From the NCBI GenBank assembly GCA_013265495.1, contig MU058769.1, positions 458,477-522,476 on the forward strand: a DNA stretch of 64,000 bases. Reading direction: 5' to 3'. The translations under genes were made by a program, and so were the position numbers. The first letter of the stretch is position 1; every line of letters begins with the position of its first letter. This document shows positions 1-12,486 of this stretch, piece by piece. This DNA is from Vicugna vicugna (taxonomy: Eukaryota). The notes under the pieces were generated by a model, which made no database searches, was not told the origin of the DNA, and was given only the letters and a program-made list of their open reading frames with translations.

Positions 1-332
1 AGTCAAGTACAAAATTACAAACACTAAGTGTTCCCTTTCCCTCGGCCCTACCAGCCCTCTTTACAATCTCAGAGGCCACAAAATGAAAGCAGCTATTATC
101 ATTTTAGTATATAACCTGAACCTGTGCTGATAGGCATGTTCCTATCAGAAATCATAAAATAATCTAATCCTAGTCTTTTTTCTTTTCTTTTTTTCCCCCC
201 CAATTAAGAAAGCAGGTTTCAAAGAAAATCAGTGACAGAACTTAAAAGGACAACAGATCCAAGAAATCAAATTTCCCCTCACCTGGCTGTGTTAGGTTTC
301 CAAGGCACTATACTGGGACAAGTGTTTTGTTA

Positions 333-707
<375 letters not shown>

Positions 708-2338
708 TCAATAACAAAGAAGGGGTGAGGGTTGGGGGTTGGGGGACGGACACTGACTTCTTGTTAGTTGGCTGGCCAACCAAGACTCGATGGGAACAGA
801 CAGAACAAGATCCAGTACAATAACAAAGAGCACAAAGGCAAATCTGGAAGACAGTGCACTGGCAACTAATTCCATACATCAGACCAGAGGTGGATGGGAA
901 ACCACATACATGATGCTGAGATTGGCTGTGGTCTCTTCCCCCCGGCCCTGCAGGGGTCCCACACATGCAGGAAATAGTGGGGAGCAGAGGGGTAACCAGT
1001 TCCTTCTGCAAGTTCTTAAAACAAAAGGACTTCTAGAAGTTACTATTGCTAGAAGGCAGGAGTACCCAATGACATGGATAAACCCCACAACAAGTCTTCC
1101 ACCTAACACATGTCAAAGCCAGCAGAGGTGCTGCCTATGGCCACTTTTCAGGGGTGGGAAGAGGAGTACAGTGGACCAGTGGGAGCTCTGGAAAACTCAG
1201 TCTGATAGTCTGGAATCGACCCAACCTGTTTTGTGGGATTTTTGTGTTGGTCTCTGGGAACAACTGGTTCCAGGGTCTCAAAGGCTGATGTCCTCAGCAT
1301 GATCAAGCGAATAATGCCTTTAGGACTCAGGCTGGCAAGGAGCAGGGAACTGGCTGTGCCTGGGTGCCTCCACGTTAATAACCCTACGGCCCCAGGAAAG
1401 GCATAAGGCTGCTGTGAAAAGGGACTCATCCTCTCTTATTCGCTCTGGAAACATCAGGGTTGTGCTGATGCTATAATCACTATCTGGGATTATAAACAGC
1501 TGTATTCCTCAAGATAGATGTGGTTAGCCTGAAAACCCCGTCTCGTCCAACTGTTACTGCTTCTAAATCAGTAAGTGACGCAGAACCAGGAATTTTCCTT
1601 TCACACTCCCACCCCCAACAACTAATGACCTAAGGAGACCAAATGACAACAATTAAAAAGACTTCTATATTTACACTGGGGAGCAATTGAGCAAAAATCA
1701 CAGCAGCGTGGATTCTTTCCTTTTCACCACCACCCCACCCAAAGCAAATAAAAAACCCTATCCCGATCCCCCTTAGCTTCAAAGACAGCAGGCTCAGAGC
1801 TATTCTAACAAAGAAAGGTGTTTTTCTTAAGGGGGTCATATTAAAGAAAATACCTTCCTTTATTAGAGTATCTATTCCAAACGTATTGCAGGGAAAACAG
1901 GCAAACTATATGCTAGGTTTACTATTTTAGTTTTTAGCCAAGCCAATCATGGTGGGCTAAGAACATACAAGAACAGCTGGTTAGGGACATGCGAATTCTC
2001 TGAATCCCAAGTACATGTATATGTAACCTCAAGGCTTCTCTCTATATAGTCAGAACAGAGGACTGGAAAATACTCCTCTTTCCCCAAGACTTTACCCCTT
2101 TCTCTTGGGGATGTCAGAAGCAGAATGAGAAATAAGTATAAATCAGGGACTCTCCAGGAATAGAACCAGACTCGAAGTGAGAGCCAGCAGCTGTGTCTCA
2201 ATGGATAAATGCAAGTCTACTGAGAGCACTCAATGAAACTGTGCGTGGTTGCGGGATACCGGGACAGAGCAGTGGCAACGGACGAGGCTGCTCATTAAGA
2301 CATTTCAGCTTGAATTTTGCAAGATGAGCCCTAATGGC

Positions 2339-2346
2339 CTTTTATA
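2339..2346 (-). promoter_or_regulatory. Consensus TATA box (TATAAAAG), candidate internal promoter
   Basis: Minus-strand TATAAAAG followed by a CpG-enriched non-repetitive stretch and a donor GGG|gtaaag at 2096. Confidence 0.35.
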
Positions 2347-4808
2347 CCTGAATCAAACACTATACTGTTAGGACAATGCTGTCATTTGTTTTCTTTTTCT
2401 ACCAGAGGTAGATAGTGAATGAGTCAACTTTAAACCAGACACCCTGGGAAACTTGAGCCAAAGTGGTAGTACTTCTGTAGTACTCCAGTTCCCTCAAGAC
2501 AGTGATGGCCAAGTGTTCAAATGCGGATCGTCTGATGATCTTCTGACTAACCTGGGTTAGTACGCTACATCCCTGAGAGTCAGAGAATCTAAGTTGAGTC
2601 TTCTCCAGGAAAGATCAGTTTTCCCTCTCTACAACTAAACCTACTCTCTATTCATGTCTTTGTACTTCACTAAAAATATACAGTAACTAGGGAAAGTTAC
2701 CAGACATAATTCTGAGCAATGGATTGGACTGTGTGTGTGCTGGAGAGACGGGGGTGAAGGACAGGCAACATTCGTACTCCCCAGTCCTGTGAAATCAGAG
2801 CTGACTTAGCTTATACAAGTAAACTTAGTGCTGGTGAAACGTCCATTTTACTGGGTCTGGAGAGTGGGTAGAGAGGGCTGTGGGAGAGGCGGCAATAAGT
2901 GCCAGTGAGCCGCAGTGTGGCTTATTTATCAGTGGGGTGGAATCTTCCAAAGAACTGGGAAGTTGCCACAGTTACTGCCAACGTGGATGACGGAATCTGG
3001 GTATTAATACTTGTTTCACACACCTGGGAAGAAAGGTTTAAAGCAGTTAGAAAAGATCAGCTTCTAATCACTGGAGTTCTGGACTAGTACCCAAACAGAG
3101 GAAGAAGTTACCCCCTTAAAAGTCCATGTAACTGCATTTTAGGTGACCTAGATCGTTAGTCAAAACTCAGTATGGAAAGCAGCAGCTTAAAAGGAGGTCT
3201 GGATAGGAGAGGGCTGCACCTGCTCACGAGGTCCTTCACACTATTACCTGTAGCGTTTGATGTAGTTTGATGCTTCACGGCATTAATAAGGGCCTCACTC
3301 TAGCAGTGAATCAGTCAGGCTCTGAACAGAATCCTACTCAGAGAGGAAGGGGTGATGTCTATGGAGGGCTGGTGTGGTGCGGTGAAAAAAACACTGGACA
3401 AATAGTCCTAGTTTTGCTACTAACAGTCATATAAACTTGCTTTTATTTTCTTACATGTAAACCAGCTTATGAAATTATGACATTGAGAAAACTCAATTAG
3501 ATACAGTATACTTTGGCAACCATAAAGCACTGTGCATTAAGTCACACACAGGAAGCAGTTTAAAGCTTCTGGTTATTACAGGCATTCTAGGATGATTTAT
3601 GGAGCAGGATTTTTTTTTAAAGGGGGACTTTATCTATCTTGACCACCACCAACAATGCAGAGCCCTCTCTGCCTGGGGTTTTCAGATGAACCACAGGGTG
3701 GACTGGTCTAGGAAAAAGAGTTCAGAGATGTGGAAAGGGAGATAAATTCTTCATCCCAAGAAGGGGAAGTCTTGCTATCCCAATTTCCACATGGTTTGAG
3801 TAGCTTTAGAAAGGACGATAGGGAAGGGACAACTAAAGTACTGGGAATGAGAGCCCTAACTAATATGTATTAGTTCCCATCAAGCTTAGGACTAAAAAAG
3901 AGAGAAGTCCTTTGAAAAGGGTGACACCTGAATCCGAGTATTAAATATTCAGGTTTTTTGTACTGTATAGTTTTTCTGTTGGTAAAATGGTAAGAATATA
4001 CTTAAAAGGAATTGGTGGCAGGGTATGATTCTGAAGTGCTTCTCTCACCACCACCTTGTGTAAATTGTCTGGGGTGGGACTGAGACACTGAAATGAAAGG
4101 GAGATTCTCATGACCGCTTTGTGGAAAATGGAGAACATTAGGCACTGGAGAAACAGCTTTCACCAACATTAGGAGGAAGCAATGGACAATCATAAAGGAC
4201 ATATAAAGGACACGCTCTAAGCCCATTCTAGGCAGACAAGTCCTGTCTGAGATCATCTTAGACATTACATTGTCCAAAGAGAAAACAACACAGAGGTGTT
4301 CATGTATTTTGTTGTCGTTGTTGTTCGTATTTTTTTGTATGTGTATATGTACCATTCTTTCTTAAGGAATAAGGATAAAAAACATTCTCTAATTCAGGGA
4401 TAAGCTCTTCACATCTTTCCATAGACTCAGAAAAGGTAGCTAAAAGACATCCATTCTTTTACCTTAATATACCTATATGTCGAAATCCTCCAAAAAGGCC
4501 CAATTTCAGCAAACTTCTGGGATAAAGCAGTACCTATCCCAGACATACCTATTTGGTCCCCCTTCACCACCTATCCAGGACTTAAAATGAAATCAGCAAC
4601 AATAAAAATAAAGTCACTGAGCAGGAGTCATATTTTTTTTAATGGGGAAAAATATCCAATGTTGCAAAAACCACAAATTGAATTATTCCACAAGCAGCCA
4701 TGCATAGAGCAAACTCACTCTGCTGAAAAGATTACAGCAAAACAAAATTAAAAAAACAAAACAAAACAAACAAAAAAACAAGGAGAGATATAGATCATAC
4801 ACAGGTAC

Positions 4809-4862
4809 CTAAAAATCTGCCTTCTCTTGTGAGAGCTAGAAGAAAAGGCTTCTTTGGAGAGT
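4809..4862 (-). CDS. R3HDM2: R3HDM2 54-nt cassette exon (LSKEAFSSSSHKRRQIFR)
   Basis: ccaacag| acceptor, TAG|gtacct donor, phase 2-2; follows a 98-nt intron. Confidence 0.9.
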
Positions 4863-4960
4863 CTGTTGGTTAACATCAAAGAAAAGTGTCATTACAGGAT
4901 TATATTAACCTCACTGACAAAGCTCAATGAGAAGCAGGGAACATGCTAAGTGGTACTAAC

Positions 4961-4992
4961 CTGATGTCATTTAGATATCCGTTCTGGCCAGT
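4961..4992 (-). CDS. R3HDM2: R3HDM2 32-nt exon (TGQNGYLNDIR)
   Basis: ccccctcacctag| acceptor, CAG|gttagt donor, phase 0-2. Confidence 0.93.
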
Positions 4993-6329
4993 CTAGGTGA
5001 GGGGGAGAAAACGGAAAATAACTTATAAGAAAACAGCATGGCATAACCAAAAAGGGTGTCCATGATGCTATGAATACCCAAGGTCTTCAAACCAAGCTCA
5101 CCCCCCAACAGGGAGAGAGGGAGCAGGGACAGGATGACCCACACCCACACACCCAACCTGACTTCTCACCTTTAACGGAAAAGAGCATTCAGCAGTTTTA
5201 GCCTTCCCACAGAGTGTTTAACAAGAGTGGTTGATAACGGTAGGGTATGGAAGAGAGAAGGAGGAAAGTATTAACCTAACTATTATTTCCTTTTTAGCTC
5301 TAAATTTATTCTCTCTAGAGGTAAGCTGAGCATAATAATTGGTGTGCTTGGTCCTGAAAAGTGTGTTCAAAGGAAGGTAAAAAGGGGACAAGAGAAAGAA
5401 ATTTAGTTTTTTTGGAAATCATCCTTAATGACTACCCAATTTCTTCTGTCTTCTACGTGGGCCAAAATGAAAGACATTCTGACCTGAGACCCAAGGAGAG
5501 TAAGAAATTGGGAAAGAAGGTATTTTTCAGAGCCTAGGAAAAATGAGAAAATAAAAGCCTAAAACATTCCTTTTGAGGATCATTTTCCGACAAAGCCACT
5601 GAGCTGAGTGAAGTGAGCATTACGGTGGGCTCCCAAGCCTTAGAAAAAGGTACCAAGAATGTCCAGCTGCTGAGCATAGGGGGCTCCATGAGGAGCAGAG
5701 CCTATGGGGGCAGCTCTCCCAGTACATAGCTCAGGCTGCAGAGAAGGCTGCAGCAGCAGCATTTCCATCCAAACACCCTTCTTGCCACTTCCCTTTCTTT
5801 TGGGACTGCATCTTTCTCCCTCCGCCCCAACCTACAACTCCACCCTTAACCAGCTCCCTTTGACTGGCCAGGTTCCTTCTTCTCCTCACGGGAATCTTTG
5901 GTGTATGATGGGCTTTGGTCATTTTTCCTTGTCTAGACCTTTTGAGATTTCTGATGCTTCTACCACAGCGAGGGTTGGGAAGCGCTGAAATGAAAGTGAT
6001 AAATCTACAGGATTTAACAAAGAATACATATATTAGTAGAGGCTTGAGAGACTAGGGATCAGTGAAAAAAGGAGAGAAGAGCTAACTTAAATGACTTTTT
6101 TTTATGACTGTAGATATATATTCCAGTGTTGCTCATAATAAGCCCAAATACCCTATTAAAAGTTGCTTGCGTTTTCAGAATGGCTCTGCTAATGGCTGGC
6201 ATGGCGGGACAGTCATTTTCCACATGTCAGTGAAGCAGAGGAGCACATCACAGATAGCTACGCTATGATGTGGTTGGAACTTAGTAGCCTAAAGAATGCA
6301 GAGCAGAGCAAGCTATTGAGACGGGTTTA

Positions 6330-6572
6330 CCTCAGGGGTTAAGAGCTGGGCTCTGGACCCAGACAGCCTGAATTCAAACACCAGCTCTTTCACTAACTAG
6401 TGGTGTGATCTTAGGTTATTTAACCTCTCTATGCCTCAGTTTCTCATTTACAAAATGAGGGAAGTATAATCTACCTCATAGGCCTAGTGTGAGGATGAAA
6501 TAAATTAATGTATGTAAAGAGCTAAAAACAGAGTCTGAAAGATAATAGGTACTATATAAACGTTTGCTATTA
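6330..6572 (+). mobile_element. MIR SINE relic
   Basis: MIR core ttaacctctctatgcctcagtttctcatttacaaaatgagg. Confidence 0.85.
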
Positions 6573-7848
6573 ACATACACCATCCTGCTCTGTCCACAAT
6601 TTAGGGTCATCACAGGCCACAGCCACATACAAATGATCTCTCTCCTCTCCTTCCACAAAATTAGTTTGCAGATAAAGGTAGAAAACCCTCTTTGGGCTAT
6701 GGCTGGATAATGTGGAGGATTTTCTGACGCAGAGTAGAAGACTACATAAGGTAAGCAGATCCCTTCTCCTTGGATCTGCCAGAGGTTTGTTGTGTGTCTG
6801 TCCACAGTGAGGATCTTGGAACACTTAGGTCTCCTGAGACAACGGAACAAGTGCACAGGAGTTCAGTTTTCTAGAAATCAGAGACAATGTTTTTCTGAGT
6901 TAGGTGATGATGAGAAGATACGTATTTTTTTGCCTTGCTGAGGGAGGGGCGAGTGGGGAAATGCGGGGAGAGTGGGGAAATGGGAGGGGAGTGGTGTCCA
7001 TCTAAGTATACTGGCTAGAACTGGCCATCTTTTGAAAACAAAGGGAGACTGGCTCTTCCTCCTTTGTTTGCTGAACTGACTGTAAGATTGTGCTGCTATC
7101 TGGATCACACATTTTCTGGAGATCTGTTTCTCTCTTGCCTTCCTGAGTGTCTCCTTTCAGTCCTGTTCAGTCTGGTGGGCAACAAGCACATCAGCTGGGG
7201 CCCACAGTCCTTAAGGAAACAGCCCGCCTGCCTCTCAGCCCACGGAGCCAGTCCTATCCTAAGAAGCAAGGTAAGAAATACAGGAAGAAAGAGACTTTCT
7301 GTTCAGTTGCAGACTGTAGGGAATAGTGAGTGTGAGTGTGGAATATGGAACTCAGAGAATGGATGCCACACCTGTGCTCTGACAATCACCAACACAGCCT
7401 AGAAGTGAGCCTGGCCACACAAGAGGAATGTGCAGGCCATGTGGACATGAAGTTTTCCACTTAGAAGCAAAGATGCCTAAATCGGAGAATGGAGGGGAAA
7501 GAGAGTAAGTGGGAGGAGGGTTTGACAGGCAAGATTCAGGGCCCTTCCATAAGCCCTGCCAAAACCATTTCTATTTTCAGTCTAATCATATTAACCAAAT
7601 TCAGCCACTCCATTTGTTCTCTTTGTATGCCATATGTAATTAACATAAAAAATAATACAAATAAAAATCTGCAGCTTCCTAATAAGCCACATTTAATTTT
7701 AGAGATCAAATCTGGGGCTGGCTGACGTTGGTTAAAAACAAAAAAAGAAAAAAACAACAAAACATTTATGGAGGGTTCATTCCATTCACAGTTCCAAAGA
7801 TTAAGAGCTAAAAGCTATGGGCTGACAACTCTCAGAAGCTACACTTAC

Positions 7849-7944
7849 CTCTCGGGCAAATATTCTCTCTCGGACCCTTTGATATTCCTCCTCTCTCTCT
7901 TCTATTGACTTGCTCCTCCTTCCATCCTGCAATGGAACTCTGAT
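7849..7944 (-). CDS. R3HDM2: R3HDM2 SUZ core exon (IRVPLQDGRRSKSIEEREEEYQRVRERIFARE, 96 nt; symmetric, probably a cassette exon)
   Basis: gatctag| weak acceptor, GAG|gtaagt donor, phase 0-0; SUZ motif EEREEEYQRVRERIF. Confidence 0.95.
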
Positions 7945-9234
7945 CTAGATCGATGAGCAGAATTAAGCTAGTTAAGTTCTCCTCGTACTGCAAGCTCACT
8001 GCACACCAGCAAGGAAGAGAAACCGGGAGAGTTTATAGTTGCCATCAAAAAAATGGAAAAAAAAAAGAAATAAAATTTCCAGTGTTGGACAGGTTTCACT
8101 GGGTACATCTGACCATGCAGTTTGGGAGATCAGATTTTCTGGATGGTTGGGGCCTCTCCATTTCCCCACTCCCCGCCCCGAGTATCAAGAACAACTGTGT
8201 ATAAGGATTGGGTTGCTTCCACATGTAATCAGGTACCCTCCACTCTGTAAGGATCGAGAGAATAGCCCAGGGAATAAACAACATTGCTTTGGAGGGAAAG
8301 CAAGGGATAGGAGGAAGCTAGAGAGGGGGAAGAAACACATACTTAGCAGAGCTGAACGTAGAGAAGAGTTGTTACAGAACCAGTACCTGACATTATCCCT
8401 TTTTTAGTCACTGATACCACTGCCTGTAGACCCAGGTCACACACAGCTCAGCAAAGAGGGCCTTGGAAATGAAATCCCAAGGGTGAAGCTAAACTTAGAG
8501 CTTAAGCATTTTTTCCTCATCTTAACTACAGCTACTGGAGGGAGGGAAAGAAAGAGAACTTACAGAAATAGAGAAGAAAGAGAACAGAGCAACACAAAGG
8601 AAAGAGAAAGAAAAGGAGGATAGAACAGGAAGAAGGATGGACAAATAAAGGGACAGATAAATAAGGTGCAGTGGAGAGAGGGGAGAGACAGAGCGATAGA
8701 AAGGGGTCAGAAGGAAATGGAGGATAGAGAACCTTACACACTCTGAGAGCTGTAATGAGGGGACTAGAGGGGACGGCTGGGCAGCCCACACCTCTGGACA
8801 GCCTACCACTCAGCTCTCCATCACTATCTTTCCTCTCTCAGCTTGTGAGCTGTGAGCACTCTCCTGCGTAAGGGGGTTACAGAGTGTGCTTCTCCATACT
8901 GCTCTTGAAGGCAAGGCTCTCTGAGGGAGATAAGTCATCAAATGCATATTATCAGGTTATTGAAGATTCTGACCTTCAATCCAGAGGCTTTGAATGTTTC
9001 AGAAGAAGCAACCAAGGAGACTGCTGCTCTAGGCTGATCTTTCTGACCTCCACCAATCTCCAAAGGTAAGTATAGCTTCAGGAGTATCAACTTTTGACTA
9101 GATGTAGTTCTCACTAGCCTGAAGTACCTGAATTCTTCTAAATGTCCTTTTACAAATCCCATTCCAAGAAGACACAGGATTTCAAGGTGCGATACTGTCC
9201 TTAGCCCCTAGGACTGGTAAACCAGTGGCAGAAT

Positions 9235-9490
9235 AGAAAGAGCCTAACTGGCTTGAGGTCAGGCAGAACATCAGCTCTGCTACCTCTGAGTCCTGTCACT
9301 TCGGGCAAGTAACTTAACGTCTTCTAGCTCAGTTTTCTTATATTTAAAGTGGGGCTAATAACCCCATCTAGACTGGGTTGCAGAGAGGATCAAAAGATAT
9401 AATACAAAAAAAAAAGAGGTAATGCATATAATGTGTTTAGAACAGAGTCCAGTTCAGGGAAAAACACTCAATAAAATAGCAATTACTGTG
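9235..9490 (+). mobile_element. MIR SINE relic
   Basis: gggcaagtaacttaacgtcttctagctcagttttcttatatttaaagtgggg core. Confidence 0.75.
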
Positions 9491-10684
9491 TTTATTATTA
9501 ATATCACAGTCAGAAAGTGAACAGAGCCTATCCTATGGTCAAGCCCGAAGCTGAGAGATGAAAAGCTCACAGTAGGGAGAGACTCCATTCCACCCCAATG
9601 TGCCTCTAGGCCTGAATAATTCCAGATCCACAGAAAAGGGGTTTTGGGAAAATGGAGAGAAGGGCATCAGGATGGAAAGGCTCTTTCTTGTTTTTTAAAT
9701 TTTATTTATCTTTTTGTGTGTTTCATTGTTTTCAATCAGACCCAGCGTGTTTGTCCACAACAGATAATGGCACTTTTCTCAACAGGACTCCCTCAGATAA
9801 AGTAGCAAGCAGGAAAAGCCCTGGTCTCAATACCTTACAATATCCAAAGAAAATGAATTTTGACTCTGGAGGTAAGATATTATTATAGTTATCATTAATA
9901 AGCAAGACTAATTATTGACTTTACCCAGCCATGTTCTTTAAACTTATTCCTGGTTCTCTACTTAACCACCTTTGGAGGCCAAGCAGAAGCAAGCTAGATC
10001 TTAACCCCATACGTGGCTAGGAAAACTGACCCCCAAAACAATCACTTACTATCTGAAGGGTGAACTAGAAGTCAGGGCAAAAGCCAGGGCCATAAATGAA
10101 AGAATGGGGCAGACTTTTTACTTCTTATTCCCATAGGAGTGGATCAAAAGGGGATACCGCTTAATGTTCCCAGCATCAAAAGCTAAATTAACTCACTCAC
10201 CTTGGTGGAAGAAGTTGGGAAAAGAAAAGGTAATGCAGAAAGGGATCAGAAACACCTTTACAAGTGGGTAAATTAGATAACAATTTTACCAGTTCAAGGC
10301 TAGCCCTGAGACAGAAGAGTGGAAGTGGGATAAAGTAGCTTTTGGTGGTTCCCAAAGAAATCTCTAACTATTAAAGAAAAAAAGAATGAAGCCATCAGCT
10401 GAATCAAGGCTGAAGCACGGAGGGACCTTGCTTTGTCCCCAGATGAAGCGGAGTTAGAAATCAGTGGCAGAACCAGGGAGTTCCAGGCCAAATAAGAAAT
10501 CCCAGCAAACCTCAGCACCATGTCTCTCTGGGGCTAAGAGGGTGGCATTCAGTTCAACAAGTATAATTAGTCCTCAACATTAAGCCAAAGCCAACTCAGT
10601 ATAGCTCAGTATATTTTTCCATACTAAGATATTTTGAGTTTTCTCCATCCCACAAAAATCCTTCTCCCCTCCCAGTTTCTCTTA

Positions 10685-10876
<192 letters not shown>

Positions 10877-11274
10877 TCATCTTTTAGGAAGCAGACCTCC
10901 TAGGCCAGCTCTCTTAAATTCCACAACTCCCGCCCAGGGGATTCCTGAAGTCAGACGTCCAAAAAGTCACATAAAAGTTTTAATGAAATCCTCAGGGATT
11001 GTTCTTTATACATCTATTACTTATCTTCCTTCAAAGTTATTCCTGTCTTCTCACTAACAGTGAAGAGCGGCTGGGGCCAACCTTCACAAAACATCAGTGC
11101 CTCTGGAATCTATCTCCAAGGCCTCACAAAAAGTAGGAACTGATAATGTAACAGCACCCCCCAACAACAGACACACACTGTCCCCTCTCCAGAAGGAGAA
11201 ATCTTGATCCTACACCTTCCTTTTCCACCCGAGGCCATCCCAGGAAAGTCTTTTCAGTCTGTTTTCCTCCCTTA

Positions 11275-11556
<282 letters not shown>

Positions 11557-11982
11557 TCAGTGGTAACCAGAATGGTTCTCTCAGCTTTATCTACAGTATT
11601 TTGTAGATCCCTCTAACCCATTATCCTCATTAAGACTACTCCTTAAGCCCTAGGTCTCACCCACCTGGATGATATTCTACAAAGAAAAAGGGGAGAAACT
11701 TAAGAATAATGAAGTATGGGACAAGGGCTAGCTGTTGAAAACATAAATTCTTTTCAACTCAAGTCTAAACAATACTTTAAAAACCTCATTTAGTTTCAAC
11801 ACATACACTTTTTAATCCACTCTGATTACTTCTCCCCAGCTCCTTTTGGTTCCCAATAGTTACTACTTCAAAATTCAGACTTTAAGGGAACAATAAAAGA
11901 GGGATATCCTAAAATTGCACCTAAATTTCTTTCCAGTGCCCCTCCCCCACCTCTAAATGTGTGTTTCATTCAAGTAACTTAC

Positions 11983-12042
11983 TTGTTGTCATTAATAAAT
12001 TCCAGAATCTCCTGTTCTAATTTTAGCAGCATCATTCTGTCC
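11983..12042 (-). CDS. R3HDM2: R3HDM2 coding exon 6 (DRMMLLKLEQEILEFINDN, 60 nt; start of R3H domain)
   Basis: aaacag| acceptor, CAA|gtaagt donor, phase 2-2. Confidence 0.96.
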
Positions 12043-12238
12043 CTGTTTAAAAAAGATTAAAACACAAGAAAACAAAAGGCAGCCCTCCCATAGACATTGA
12101 AAGCAAAGATTGAAAACAACCTGCTCACTACAGAAGCTGAAGGAAAGAGAGATCCAAACCCCAAGAGTGGATCAAAAATGCAAAGGCTGCTGAGCCTCAC
12201 TGCCCTGTCTTATGTTACTTTACAAAAGAAAAAAAATC

Positions 12239-12486
12239 GGGTGGGAAAGGATAAATTGGGAGTTCGAGCTTTGCAGATACTAACTACTATATGTAAAACA
12301 GATAAAGAACAAATTTCTTCTGTATAGCACAGGGAACTATATTCAATATCTTGTAGTAACCTATAATGAAAAAGAATATGAAAACTAATATACATATGTA
12401 TATGTATGACTGAAACATTACGGTGTACATGAAAAATTGACACAAATTGTAAATTGACTATACTACAATTTCAAAAAAAAAGGGAA
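12239..12486 (+). mobile_element. 5'-truncated artiodactyl-type L1 3' end with 15-bp TSD
   Basis: tatagcacagggaactatattcaatatcttgta motif, A-tail, TSD aaaagaaaaaaaatc at 12224-12238 and 12487-12501. Confidence 0.92.

Noticed and set aside
790..1302. Longest ORF in the track (170 aa, +)
   Set aside because: No recognisable domain, antisense intronic, and within chance expectation for 64 kb.
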